A model generated the notes under the pieces. It saw nothing but the letters and a program-made list of their open reading frames with translations, searched no databases and was not told where the DNA came from. DNA of 62,411 bases from Octopus bimaculoides (lineage: Eukaryota), in NCBI RefSeq assembly GCF_001194135.2, contig NC_068994.1, positions 5,169,088 to 5,231,498 of the forward strand, read 5' to 3'. This document shows positions 26,341-38,859 of the stretch, piece after piece; positions within the stretch are counted from its first letter, which is position 1, and every line of letters starts with the position of its first letter. Position numbers and translations under genes: made by a program.

Positions 26341-26860
26341 ATCATGTTGGAACTCAGTGTATCCTGTAAAGAACGTTTCGGAAAAAAATTAATAAGAGGA
26401 AGTGCTAAATATCAGGAACTAGTGAAAAAGAGCCAAGACAAAAGCTGGAAGACGCACAGTCAGACCATAGAAGTGGTTTTGCAGAAGTTTTAACCTAAAG
26501 CCGATTGGGCATACCAGGGTGGTAACGAAGGGTATGATTCAATCCACGAGTGGAGCTGCAAGGTGGTTTTCGATTGAGGGCTGATTTCTAGAGGGTCACT
26601 GCTGAAACNNNNNNNNNNNNNNNNNNNNNNNNNNNNNNNNNNNNNNNNNNNNNNNNNNNNNNNNNNNNNNNNNNNNNNNNNNNNNNNNNNNNNNNNNNNN
26701 NNNNNNNNNNNNNNNNNNNNNNNNNNNNNNNNNNNNNNNNNNNNNNNNNNNNNNNNNNNNNNNNNNNNNNNNNNNNNNNNNNNNNNNNNNNNNNNNNNNN
26801 NNNNAACCCCAAGTCTCATCACTGATGTTGCATCCAAGCTTATCCAGGAGATGTAGCTCG
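26341..26860 (+). mobile_element. 3' fragment of an RLE-type (R2-group, HERO/NeSL-like) non-LTR retrotransposon
   Basis: Hand translation from 26341 gives IMLELSVSCKERFGKKLIRGSAKYQELVKKSQDKSWKTHSQTIEVV, resembling the ELTVPWE...KRAKYQEL...GW.....IEVG RLE C-terminus. Frameshifted RLGIPG and IQSTSGAARWF follow. Interrupted by gap 26609-26804. Confidence 0.6.
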
Positions 26861-27063
26861 CACCTTCTTTTCAGTCATTCAACTGCGTTCGTGCTGGGAC
26901 ATCGCTTCAGGATTTTAGTTGGTGATAACAACCCCAGCACTTATTTCACTCTGCTCCCTTACGTTATCAATTGCCATCGAAAGATTGAGTTACCTTCTGA
27001 TGCAAAAGAACGCAACTTAACACATCGTTATACGCAAATACAAATTTGTTATATTTCACCGAC

Positions 27064-27375
27064 AGAAGGCGCGCGGCTTAGTGGTTAGGGGCATTCGGCT
27101 CGCGAGTTCACTCCCTGGCAACACGTTGTATCCTTGAGCAAGACACTTTATTTCACGTTGCTCCAGTCCACTCTGCTGGCAAAAATGAGTTGTATCTGTA
27201 TTTCAAAGGGCCATCATTGTCATATTCTGTGTCCCGCTGAATCTCCCCGAGAACTACGTTAAGGGTATGCGTATCTGTGGAGTGCTCAGCCACTTGCACG
27301 TTAATTTCACGAGGAAGCTGTTCCGTTGATCGGATCAACTGGAACCCTCGTCGTCGTGACCGACGGAGTGCCAGC
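27064..27375 (+). mobile_element. tRNA-derived SINE (family with TTGCTCCAGTCCACTC core)
   Basis: Head GAAGGCGCGCGGCTTAGTGGTTAGG, core CCTTGAGCAAGACACTTTATTTCACGTTGCTCCAG; homologous inverted copy at 46835-47162. Confidence 0.8.
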
Positions 27376-28113
27376 TATATTTCACTGATTAGTCTAAATC
27401 AATCGTCTAAACATTTCAGCTCAACACAGCAATTAGTTCGTTAGAATGGGGCGTGGCAGCACAAAGAAAGAGGTGAATTTCTGTCGAGTTGAGATCAAGA
27501 TCCGGTTGGTTTCTCGTCTCAACTGACGCCCACTCATTTCCGAGCCTCTATGCAAATACCCGAACAGCTAAAAATAGCAGCTAAATCTACCGCCAATCAC
27601 ATAGTCCACAATAAACGAAAAGACTAGATGGTAATAATTCGAACGCTTATGACCTGGGGCTACAAAATCTAGCCAGACAGCTAGAGTCCAAGGAAAAATA
27701 AAAGGGCATGAACGAAACATTATAGCTCCGATTTATCTTTCTCATAAACCACAGGTCAAAGAGAAAATCGCTAATTGATTTACTGATGAGATGTGTCTCA
27801 TTAAGTAATTGACTAATTATTTATGAAATATTTGATCGACAATATTTTGTTATTAGTTGTTGGTGCTTTAGAATCGCTTGTGTTACTTTTTCGAATAAAT
27901 AAAAAATAAAATAACGTTTGTGACGCCGTCAAGGAGACCGCTTTGTACAGCAAAAACTGAAACGAGAACAGCTTTAAATAGCAAAAGCTGGACCGTGTAG
28001 AAAAGACATTGCAAGTGTGAGGTGTCAATCGTATTTGTAAGAGGAGAGGAGAAAACAACCAGAATTAATATCTCCAGATCGAACAGCGTAAAGTAGCTGA
28101 CATTCCGACTTAC

Positions 28114-28340
28114 GTACACCTGAGATTGATAAACAGACTATAGAATTAAGTTAATTTTAAAGGAAAAATAAACCACAAACGGAGAGTTACGACAATAAAA
28201 AGAAATAGTAGAAAGTGAGGGGGAGAAAGAGAAAGAATCTAGCGCTGTGGTAGTAGTAGAAGGAACAGTAGTGGTGGTGGGAGTGTGGTCGAAGTGACCT
28301 GAATACTTTTGACATACTGGTTAGGTGACTTTTATGGCCC
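28114..28340 (-). promoter_or_regulatory. Candidate proximal promoter and first leader exon ending at a GTAAGT donor
   Basis: Perfect donor AC|GTAAGT at 28114/28113, a TATA-like CATAAAAG near 28330-28337 on the minus strand, and a CpG-retaining neighbourhood. The 5' boundary is a guess. Confidence 0.35.
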
Positions 28341-28560
28341 GAGAACCTGCCTGAGGTGTTTTTCAGTAGAAAACAGCGACAGACTAATAAAGAGTGGTGG
28401 TGGTGGTGGTGGCGGGGTGTAGGTACAGACATAAAGTACCCCCCCCCCGCCTACTACCACCCACTCACACTAAAGAGACCGTCACACACACACATTCCAA
28501 CTCCTTACAAACTGACGTAATCTTACACTCTGTAAGACACAAGTGTGTGCGTGTGTTTTT

Positions 28561-28592
<32 letters not shown>

Positions 28593-28703
28593 GCATGCGC
28601 ACGTGCAAAAGCACTCCAACCTTGACCGTTCCCTCCTTTTAGAGGTTATCTAGAACTACAATATTCTGTCTTTATTTTGAGACTAATTCAAGACTTGGAG
28701 GCA

Positions 28704-28917
28704 GTGAGCAGACAGAGCTGCTTGCAATGCCAAGCAAAACGCTTAGCAGCATTTTGTCTATCTTTATGTTCTGAGTTCAAATTCTGCTGAGGTCGACTTT
28801 GCCTTTTCATCCTTTCGAGGTTGATAAAATAAGTACAAGTTGAACACTGGTGTTGATGAAATCGATTAGCCCCCCCCCCCAACAAAATTTCAGGACTTGT
28901 GCCTATAATAGAAAGGG
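28704..28917 (+). mobile_element. tRNA-derived SINE, same family as 31935
   Basis: TTCTGAGTTCAAATTCTGCTGAGGTCGACTTTGCC...CTTGTGCCTATAATAGAAAGG. Confidence 0.75.
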
Positions 28918-29776
28918 TTTTACAACGAGCTGTATAATTTAGTGGAATTTGGCTGCTATTTCTATATTAGTAAGCAACCACATACAAGCTCCCTAGTTGG
29001 CCTACAACATGGTGTAGCATATGACTACAGACATGGTTGTAGAAAGTTCAGGGATTCTATTTATACAACAAAGCTAAATCTATTTATTCAAAACAACTTT
29101 TACTTTACTTGGTCAGGAGATTATCCAAGGACAAGTATTTAGTGATACAATATTGTTAATAATAGCTGTTTCTAATTTAGGCACAAGGCCAGCAATTCTG
29201 AAGGACAAGTTGAGACCACCAACACCAGTGAAGGAAGGAAGTGAGAAAGTTACCTTTAGACTAAGGATCTGATCAGAATTCTTGCAACAATAGAACGGGG
29301 TTAGCTGAAGGCACCCAAAGCCAGATATTGGTATTAAACTAGGCAATGTCTCTCCGATGGGATTCTACACAGTTTCATCTATCAAATTTCATCTGCAAAG
29401 TGTTAGGTGACACTTTCCCAAGGTGCAACACAATGGGGTTGAACTCAAAACCATGTCATTGCAATTGAATCTCCAAACTATACAACTATGTCTGCATTTA
29501 GAGTTTATCATATACAAATACAACTAAATACCAATCCTCAAATTCATAGTCATCCAAATGTCCTTTATCACCTTATATACATTTCTCTGTTTTTTTGACA
29601 TTGCATTTTGTGAACAACAGCATTGTTACAAGTTTTCATGTACCAATCAGTGCTTTGTGGCATTTATGATGGTGAGAGTGTATGAGTAAGTAGAGCAGAA
29701 CAAATACCACAAGGTAACTTTGTTTAAAGTTCCAATATATCAGTACTTTCATTGCTGTATGTATGTATGTCTGTGC

Positions 29777-29812
<36 letters not shown>

Positions 29813-30633
29813 CATATCCATACATATACATGCATACACACACACTCTCTCTATCTCTCTTACACACACACAAATGTGTTTCCTTACTGTTTCTGTCTCC
29901 CAAATTATTCCACCAATAAGGGCAACATAGGTAGAGGCATGTACCCAAATCTTTAACTAAAAATGCAGGGTACAAGACAGGTGAAGCTGATGCTCCACAT
30001 GCCTTTCCCACAGTTCCCAGGGATATGAGGACCATGGCCAGAGACATGAGCATCTAATTTGACAGCTTGCTGTGGCCCGCAATAACACGTGACTGGGTGG
30101 AGTTTGCATAGACTTCCAGATGGTTCTCACCTCCCTAATGACCATGGAGCTAGCTCAGAGCTGCATCCCACCGAGGGAGCAAAGAAGAGGTCAATTTGAC
30201 TGGAGGTGTTGTTTAGCCACAGGAAATCTTGATCTAGATAGGCCCTATGAAAGATTGAAAGATAGCAGCTGTTTTGTCTAGCCTTATCCTGTAGCTCCTA
30301 TAAGGAAACACATTCGGGTCACGATCATCTCAGGATACGTAAGGCAGCGTTATCTGAATCACATTTCCTTTTTTTTTTTTTAAAGATGGTGTGATTTGAT
30401 GGAAACTGTGGCTGCTATTTTTAGCAGGTCAAACGACTACATTGAGGAACTCTCTATAACAGTAAATAAATAAAGTAGCGTTGATTTGCCGTACAAGCAG
30501 CTTGTGGCAAAGGCATGAACGTTACACAACCATTCCAACACGTAGGGAAAAATCCAAGTTCATGTGCTTACGTAAAGAACAAGGCTCCACACTGCCTCCT
30601 GCCTCTTATCTAAAACAGACATAATTACCAGAA

Positions 30634-30682
<49 letters not shown>

Positions 30683-30800
30683 AAGCGAGAGAGAGGGGAG
30701 ATGAGGGAGTAGTGAAATGGAAATAGGAGGTGTTGGGAGGAATGTCAGTCAGTGAGTCAAAAAGTTAAAGAAGCCATGTACGGTAAACAGCAGCAGAACT

Positions 30801-30837
<37 letters not shown>

Positions 30838-31934
30838 AAGAGGAGAGGAATAAGATTGTCACTGACACTTTCTCTTCCCTCTCCCACCACCACCACCAAA
30901 CATACACTAAAGTGAAGTTTATTTTTATCTCTGTGCAGTCTATCTTTCGCTCATGTTCTTTCTTCTTTCGGTAAATACTTATCGCATTTCTAAACAAATA
31001 CCAACGAGAGAACCGCTACATATTCGTTAGACATGCAAAAAATAGCAGTCAGTCTCCCTCAAATTACATCCTATTATCTCAGAGAAAGAAAACGAAGGGT
31101 ACATTGAATAATGTAGTCCCAGATACACTAGCCAGTGAGGAAGTTTCTACGTGGGTGTCCGACATAGACATAGCAGCTAACTGTCCCACAAATCAATTCT
31201 TAATGTTTTAACTACAGAAAACATTTGATGATGTAGTCTTGTATAAATCTAATATGATGGGACGGTGACAGACGGAATGTCTTTGATTACATGCCTGCTT
31301 AACAGGGGTTGACCTAGGGCTAAAACATCACAGTCTAAATATAGTTTCAGAATGATTATTAAGGACACTGTCAAGTCAAGGATTTCTTGAAACACCATTG
31401 TCACTATTATCATCATCATGACCATCGTCGTCGTCATCATTGTCATCATCATCATCCGTTGCTTTTATAGCTTTCTTTGTATTCTGGTTTGAAGCCATCT
31501 GCTGGGTTTAGCACTAGAGCCAGCTACCACTAGACTCTACCACACATTCAGAGTTAGGCTCCCTACTCACTGGTAGCTAACTTCAGTTTTCAAACCAGGT
31601 GGTTAATTGTTTCCCTTTTTGTTGCTTTCTACTTCTTACAATTGTTACACACATTAAGGGACCCACAGCATGTCTAAATCCTTGCACAACCCCTAAAACT
31701 ACATGTCCAACTGACCGAAAGCTCGAGTGATACCAGCAGTACATTGCGACGTTCACCCATATACAATGCCTTTTTTTTTTTTTTGAAACCACCATCCTTC
31801 CCAGCTGACTCATACAATCACAGCTGCCAGATAAATTTGCCCCCTAGATACAAATTCTATGCTGGATTGCCCAACACACACACACACACACACAAAGCTA
31901 TTTTGCAAATAGTATTAAACCCCACATGAAAGCA

Positions 31935-32320
31935 GAGACCTGGCAGAATCGTTAGCTGTATGTTGTCTGCCTTTACGTTCTGAGTTCAAATTCCGCTGAG
32001 GTCAACTTTGCCTTTCATCCTTTTGGGGTCAATAAATTAAGTACCAGTTGCATACTGGGGTCAATCTAATCGACCCCCCCCTTCCCTAAAATTTCGGGCC
32101 TTGTGCCTAGAGTAGAAAATCGCTAGCACATTGGGCAAAATGCTTAATGGCATTTTGTCCAACTTCACATTCTGAGTTCAAGTTCAGCTGAGATCAACTT
32201 TGCCTTTCATCCTGGGGTCAATACAATAAGTACATTGAGTGACTCCAGTTAAGTACTGGGGTCAATGTAATTGACTTACCCCACTCCTCTGGAATTGCTG
32301 GTCTCGTGTCAAAATTTGAA
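31935..32320 (+). mobile_element. Two tandem tRNA-derived SINE copies (TGGCAGAATCGTTAG / TTCTGAGTTCAAATTC family)
   Basis: A-box-like TGGCAGAATCGTTAG, B-box-like GAGTTCAAATTCC, body GTCAACTTTGCCTTTCATCC...TTGTGCC. This is the most abundant SINE here, with other copies near 2030-2310, 5160-5450, 8470-8600, 10560-10680, 16360-16500, 21170-21300, 25040-25215, 45400-45600, 48200-48410 and 59860-59995. Confidence 0.8.
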
Positions 32321-32860
32321 ATCATTGTTATACCCCCACACCATACACCTCACATTCCTGCAACCCACCCTTATACTCTTATCATATCCATACTATTACT
32401 ATATCTATTACCATCCACCAACATTGCATGGACATTCTATCTTAATCTGTTTGATTGGAAAACACATTAATGCCTCACAATGAACCAAGGACATGTTTAT
32501 TGAAGCAGCCTAATCTCCTTTAAATTCCGTATTATTTAGACCATATACTTTAATCCCTAAATCTTAAGACAGCATATCCTTTAAAGAAGATTCGATGATG
32601 ACCACGGTAACAGGAATATAGATTGAACAAGTAATTCTTTGATTAGAACCATCACAGCCACAACCGTTTTCAAGCAACAGGATACAGTATTGCTTGATAT
32701 GCTAGGAATAGCAGGCAAATCTCTCATTTGATCTTGAAAGGAGAAGGATACATTGGACAATGTAGTCTTGAATATTAAATAAGAAAATGGGATGGTTATG
32801 GCTGGAATGCTTTGATCATAATATTAGATTTACAAGCCCTAAAATTCACTCCATAATTGC

Positions 32861-33120
32861 CCACAGGCATATGGTGTAGTGGTTAAGAGCGCAGGCAACT
32901 AACCTCAAGATTCTGAGTTCGATTCCAGGCAGTGACCTGAATAATAATAAAAATACCTTAGGAATGAGAACCCAGGTTCGAAATTTCCCCAAGACACCTG
33001 ATGAATATCACCTGAGGGTATATCAGCCGAAATGTGTGTTAGCAACAAACAAGATGAGGACAAATATCCGTCAAATGTAAATAATGTACATAATTCCTCA
33101 TCTCTTAAATATAGAACTGT
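32861..33120 (+). mobile_element. tRNA-derived SINE carrying a degenerate hammerhead motif in its 3' half
   Basis: A box TGGTGTAGTGG (32872-32882), B box GAGTTCGATTCC (32915-32926), an (AAT)n linker, then GACAC-CTGATGA...CTGA(GGGTATA)TCAG.CC-GAAA-TG-T-GTGTT. Confidence 0.75.
32993..33040 (+). ncRNA. Degenerate minimal type I hammerhead motif inside the SINE
   Basis: Stem I GACAC/GTGTT, core CTGATGA (32998-33004) and GAAA (33029-33032), stem II CTGA/TCAG. The stem III/cleavage segment appears decayed (TG-T where CG-TH is expected). Confidence 0.55.
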
Positions 33121-34994
33121 ACAAGCAAGGATGTTTAGGAGAAACCTATGAAAATGCTTTGGACAGGAAAAAGGCTAAGGTGTTGTGGGATTGAACCTGA
33201 AACCGTGTAATTGTAAAGTAAGCTTCTTATTAACCAGTTAGACAATCAGGTCAGACACTTCCGTTATATTTAGTAATGTACAAAACAAACTAGCAAGTAG
33301 TAAAACCATACAAATTGCTTTAAAAAGAGTCTTTCTGTACCTCACATGACCAAGTTCAATTCACACTGGTATCAACTTCTATCTTTCATCTTCCCAGGAT
33401 GAATTAAACAAGTACCTGTAATATACTGATGTTACCATGTGATTGTTTGCTCTGCCTTAAATCACTTTCTACAAGCAGTAATTTACAATGAATCTGTGAT
33501 CTCATCACTTATTGTCTTCTATTTCTCCATAATTGACCTAAAATTAACCTTATTTTGCTATGTCTGACCTCTCATCATCCTATCTCCCTATGTTTTACTC
33601 CAACGGCAAACATACAAGCTCAAGGGTAATCCTTATGAGACCCCTAAATATCATCTCTTACATTCTAATTGGAAAACACTGCTCTACTGCCTTACATAAG
33701 CATACAATCGATAACGTAGCCCTATGCAACCCTAAAAGATAAAAGGGTCAGGGTTGAAATGTTTTTGATCATTTATCAGCTCAGTCCCACTTAACACAGG
33801 GTTAAACAATAATAAACTATCTTGCACCAAGTCAACAGAAAAGTCCTTATAAAGGGACAGATGGGACAGCCTGTCTATTGTGGTGTTGGTTGTGGCATTG
33901 GTAGTGTCAGACAACAGAGCTCAAACAAAAGAAAAATAGATGATGGGAACTATTGTTCTTTATTTGGTTGCTATTGATAGATCAATATCTGGTAGTCTGC
34001 TTTTCAGTAGAGCTGGTGGACGGCATGGTGGCGATAGTGGTATTCATAGTGAAGCTGTACTTTACATCATCATAACAGTGATGTTGGTTGTGGTGGTGGT
34101 GGTGGTGGTGAAAGTGGAACTGGTTATGGCTGTGGTATTGCTTGCTGTTCTGATCAGGATTATGAAGATGATAGTAGCTATGTGGCTATGGTGTTGACTG
34201 CAATAGTTATGGCTGTAATAAGTGATGGAAGTGGTTCAGCAGTGGTATCGCTGTGGTGTTTATTGGTTGGGATATTAGTAGTGATGTACTTCGCACAGTG
34301 ATGCTAATGATGATGATGATGACGACAACAACGGTGCTAGCAACACTAGTTTGTGTGGTGGGAGTGGCTGTTAGTAGCAGTTGTAGTGTTGGCAAGAGGT
34401 TAAAAAATATTGTTTATGCTGATTGTAGTTAGTAGAGGTGGTGGCATTGAGTGTGGTGGTGTTGCTGTTGGTGGCGGATACTACTGTTAGTGGAACAATT
34501 ATAAGAAGTAGTGTTATAGTTAGTAGTGATGATGGTGATGATGATGATGATGACAATATGGAGTTGATGCTTATATTATAATAATGATTATAGTTTGGGT
34601 GGTAGTGGTAGGAGTAGTAGTGGTGGGAGGTGTATGACAGTAACAGTGGAGTCAACGATCAACAGAGAAATCAACCAATATAGCGTGTCTGAACATTTAT
34701 TTATTTCAATTTATTTAGCATTGCAGAGAAACAGAGAGTTGGGGTAAAGGTGATGATGGTGTGTGTGTGTGTGTGTGTGTGGTGAGAAGCAGATGGTACT
34801 GACATGTTACTGCGCAGCTAACGTAACTAATGCGCCACACATAATGCACCTTGTCAGAACCGTCACTTCTCCACACACACACACAGCTACAATGTCTCAC
34901 CCACCTCTAAAGTACCAACAATATCTCGGCTCCATTGTTCCCATCTTCCTTACATAAATAGGACACTGAATCTCAACATGAGCCAATGAGGGAG

Positions 34995-35220
34995 ACTGAA
35001 CAGGGATTGTTTGACTTGCTAAAAATAACAGCCAAATCCCCTCATGTTACATTCTACCACCTTTACGAAAAGGAAGACACATTGGATAATGTAGTCTTAG
35101 ATACATTTTGGATCCCTCACCCCAAAAAAATCAAAACAGACAGAATGGTCATGGTTGGAATTCTTCTGATCATAGGTATGCTCCATCAGGGCTGATCCAG
35201 GACCAGGCTAAACACCATTG
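34995..35220 (+). repeat. Interspersed repeat with GCTAGAAATAGCAGCCAAAT core (unclassified); many copies, e.g. 800-980, 3030-3240, 16510-16680, 23060-23260, 30208-30452, 39590-39720, 43960-44140, 46267-46467, 48540-48930
   Basis: Recurrent GACCTGCTAGAAATAGCAGCCAAAT...ACATTGGATAATGTAGTC...GGTCATGG(C/T)TGGAAT...GCTAAACA in both orientations. Confidence 0.65.
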
Positions 35221-38200
35221 ACAATGGTATGGGGTGGGGTAATGGGTGTAAGCAGAAAAGAAGGAGAGAGGGAAAAGAAGATATGAATAGAAATGGAGAG
35301 GTACAATCTACTCTTTGCTCTAAACACCTTTTCACTTTTCTTCTGAAGACTCCAGCTTTTCAAAACTGTTATTAAACCTGCTAAATTTCACCATTATCTT
35401 CCTACCACAACCACAAAGCTCAAATTAAAAGAAACCCCACTAAAATGTGAGTGTATATGGTGATGTGTGTATACACCTCCTTGTACATTCATACACAAAC
35501 ACAGCTACATTACCTAGACACATAAACAAGCATACATATGCACAAACAATACGTGTGTGGAGAGAAAAACGGTAGTACAAATTTAGATGTTATATATTCC
35601 TTTCTCTGCATCTATCTACCTAAATTTATACATACAATGCACACATATATATGCATTTATATAATTTATATATGCATATGAACATATATATTTCCTAATA
35701 CATCTTTCAATATATCTTTATAAAAATAAGGTGCTCAATAGTCTAAAACAGAGCTAAAATTTGATAATTTAACATACATGCAAGAATAGACATACAATAT
35801 ACAGAAGGAAGTATGAATATTGATAAAATACACACTCATGTACATTACAAACACATTTATATTCTATTAGTTTCTCCTTTCCAACATTGTAGCAATTGCT
35901 TATATAATTATATGACCTTGTCTACCACTAATCAATCGACAGTGATTTAAGGAGTGGAGCTTGTGTTTTGGTCAGCTAAGTAAATTGATACAAGTCAAAG
36001 TAATCCATTCTTTGCTTAGAGTAACAACACAATAACTAAAGTGAAATCTGAACTTGTGTACATGATCAGCACCTTAACCTCACAGCTATTACATAATTCA
36101 AAATGTGTTTTTACAGAGCCAAAAAGTAACTATCTTAATTACTAACACCTCCTATATGTAAAGAACATCCCCTTGTTTAAAGTATTCTATGTCAAATCTG
36201 ATGTAACCACTAAGCATTTTAGAGTGTAATGTCTGTGTTCCATAAAAAGTCTGGGTTGGCTAAGGGTACATAATAACAACTCTGGGGTACAAGTTTTAGA
36301 TTTAAACCCATCACTTCTTTTGAAGTATGTTTCAATACTCACATCTTAACAAAACTAAGGCCAGTGTGTTACATAAAATGTAACATATACACCCTACCTA
36401 GGCCATGATACTACATATCCTATTCAGATTACAGTTAGGGTGTGTTCGGGTTAAAAATAGGTGGTGGTGCTTGTATACTGCTGTATTACTATGTATTACA
36501 CTTAACACACCAGCTCAGTCCGTCTAGCTGTAATATGAACCAACAAGGCTATCCCATAACTATACAAAGCAGCCAATCTTACATTATCCTTCAGTCTACA
36601 TTATATTTCCCCTGCTTAAGGCAGTACTCATCACCTGGTTGAACTGTTATTAAGCTATAAAGCCATTTTATAGTGCCCAAGGTCACTTTTGATTGAGAAA
36701 ATCCAAAGTATTTCAAGCATAAGTTTCTAGATTTACAACATCAAATGTATTTTGTCTTGTTTAAGACAGTGAATTTGGTTTTAGAGAATTTTTGCTGCTA
36801 CTTCTAGCACATTGAGAGACCATGTAAAGGTTTCTTGACTGAAGTATTTCCCAGTGATGACAATTGTGTGATAGAAAAGAGTGAACCAGTTGTAAGATGA
36901 CACGTTCCAATAATTTAGATGTATATTTACATATCTAAAGAAACTGCCGCACACATTCTAAGATGTGGAAAATTACAAATCTCTTGTCCCAGATTACAAC
37001 ATTATGTTTATGGATAAGAGGTTAAAATGTTTGCTCAGTAATCATGAAATCTAGTGTTTAATTTCAGTGCAGAGTATCTCATTTCGAATGAAACTGCATG
37101 GAAACCATCAGGGCATTTTTGCCTTCAAATGGCCAACCATGTTGTATATTGTGTCATGCTGATTCTGGTCCACTGAATACTCAGCCACATGTGTCTGTAC
37201 ATACTGTCATTGATAGAATCATTAAAAGAATGAAATCAAGCAGTTGATTGACTATTGTGCTACAGATCAATTCAAAACACAAATGGTGGGGGTTTCTTTT
37301 TAACATTGCGTGAGCCCTGATAAACCTTTTATAAAAAGGGTTCTAGCAGCTGGATCAACTTATCTTTTTTTTTTCTTTTAAACAGTACATGAAACAAAAC
37401 ATTATCCAGTGTGTACCTATTAAGACAGTGGTGGTAGTGGAGAATTTGAAGAAGATAAAGCTGCTATTTCTAACAAGTCAAGCAACCATGAAAAGGCACT
37501 TTATTTGCTGTTTAGTTCCAGACATGACCACTTAGTCTTTTCCCCAGACATAATGTATCTAGGACTGCAGTATGTCTTTTATTTTGTTTTTATAAGACAA
37601 TAGAATTTCCTTTGAAAGAAATTTGGTTGCTATATTTAAAAAGTGAAGACTTTTCCATTGGTTCAGTCTGACCCAGCAAGGCCTTTACAATAAATTGACT
37701 TAAAAAAGGCAATTTTTAAAAATATTCAGGTTTCAGCATTTGACATGACTGGTTGGTTTATTATTTAACAGATTTCCTCTAACTTATCACTCAATTTTTG
37801 TTGTTTTGAGTTCATCTTCAAATAAATGCCAAACCTGACAATCTAAAATGATCTTTCATGGAAATCATACATTCTTCACAGAGCCAAGACTGCTTCATGA
37901 AAGGTTGAGCTTCCTCTTCATAGATTCAAAACACTTCAAATTTTCTGAGACGATGTTAACCCAATGCAAAGTGCAAGTCTCTCCTATATACACAGTAGCG
38001 TTGGCTTACCGAGAATGCAGTTTCCACTACGCATACATACCCGCATGTCCACAGTTGGAGTGAAAGAGTTAAAAACAACAATAAAAAACCCTGAAAGAAA
38101 ACCTCAGCCTTTCTGGCAAATAAAATTGAGTATCAGTAATATAATGGGATAGCAGGGGTAGTTTAATTCCTTAGTTTATTTTAGCCATCATACATAAGGC

Positions 38201-38268
38201 CATGCTGCAGCACTGCCTTCAATGGAATAAACTGTCACTCCTTTTGCAACAAGTGGCATTGTGCCACA

Positions 38269-38304
<36 letters not shown>

Positions 38305-38859
38305 ACTGCAGAATCTAATCATTTGTTACACACACACACACACACTTTTCTGCTATGTTAATTACCTAGAGAGTTAGAATTTTCCTAATGTCACCTATTT
38401 AAAAACACATTTATGTTTGGGTGCAACTGAGAGAGAGAGAGAGAGAGAGAAAGTGAGGGGAAGAATGAGAAAGTGGAAGAAACATAGAGAGACACAAATT
38501 AACGAGTAAAAGAGTTGAAATATTTTGGCTTTGGCTCATTTTTGTGAAATACTGCAAAGAGAACTCGAATAACAAACCTAAAGGGTAAAAGGGGACTCGA
38601 GTGACAAACTGAAGTGTGTCACCCCAAAACTAGAACCTGAGGAAAAAACTAGCAATGCTTGCTGATGTTGTTTAGCCCCGAGCCGGCTTTGATTAAGTAA
38701 ACCTTTGACAAAACTCATTCCGACCATGGCCATTCCATCTTTTCAGGGATATGTAAGATTACAATATTTCTCTGCTTGTCTTTGTTAAGACAGTTTGTCA
38801 GTCTTGATAAAAATCATTTCATAAATGTCCAGCAACCAGGGTGCCAGTTACGTGACACC

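Noticed and set aside
32866-32935. tRNA gene (also SINE heads at 27064 and 31935)
   Set aside because: A and B boxes are present, but there is no complete cloverleaf and the sequence continues into SINE bodies.
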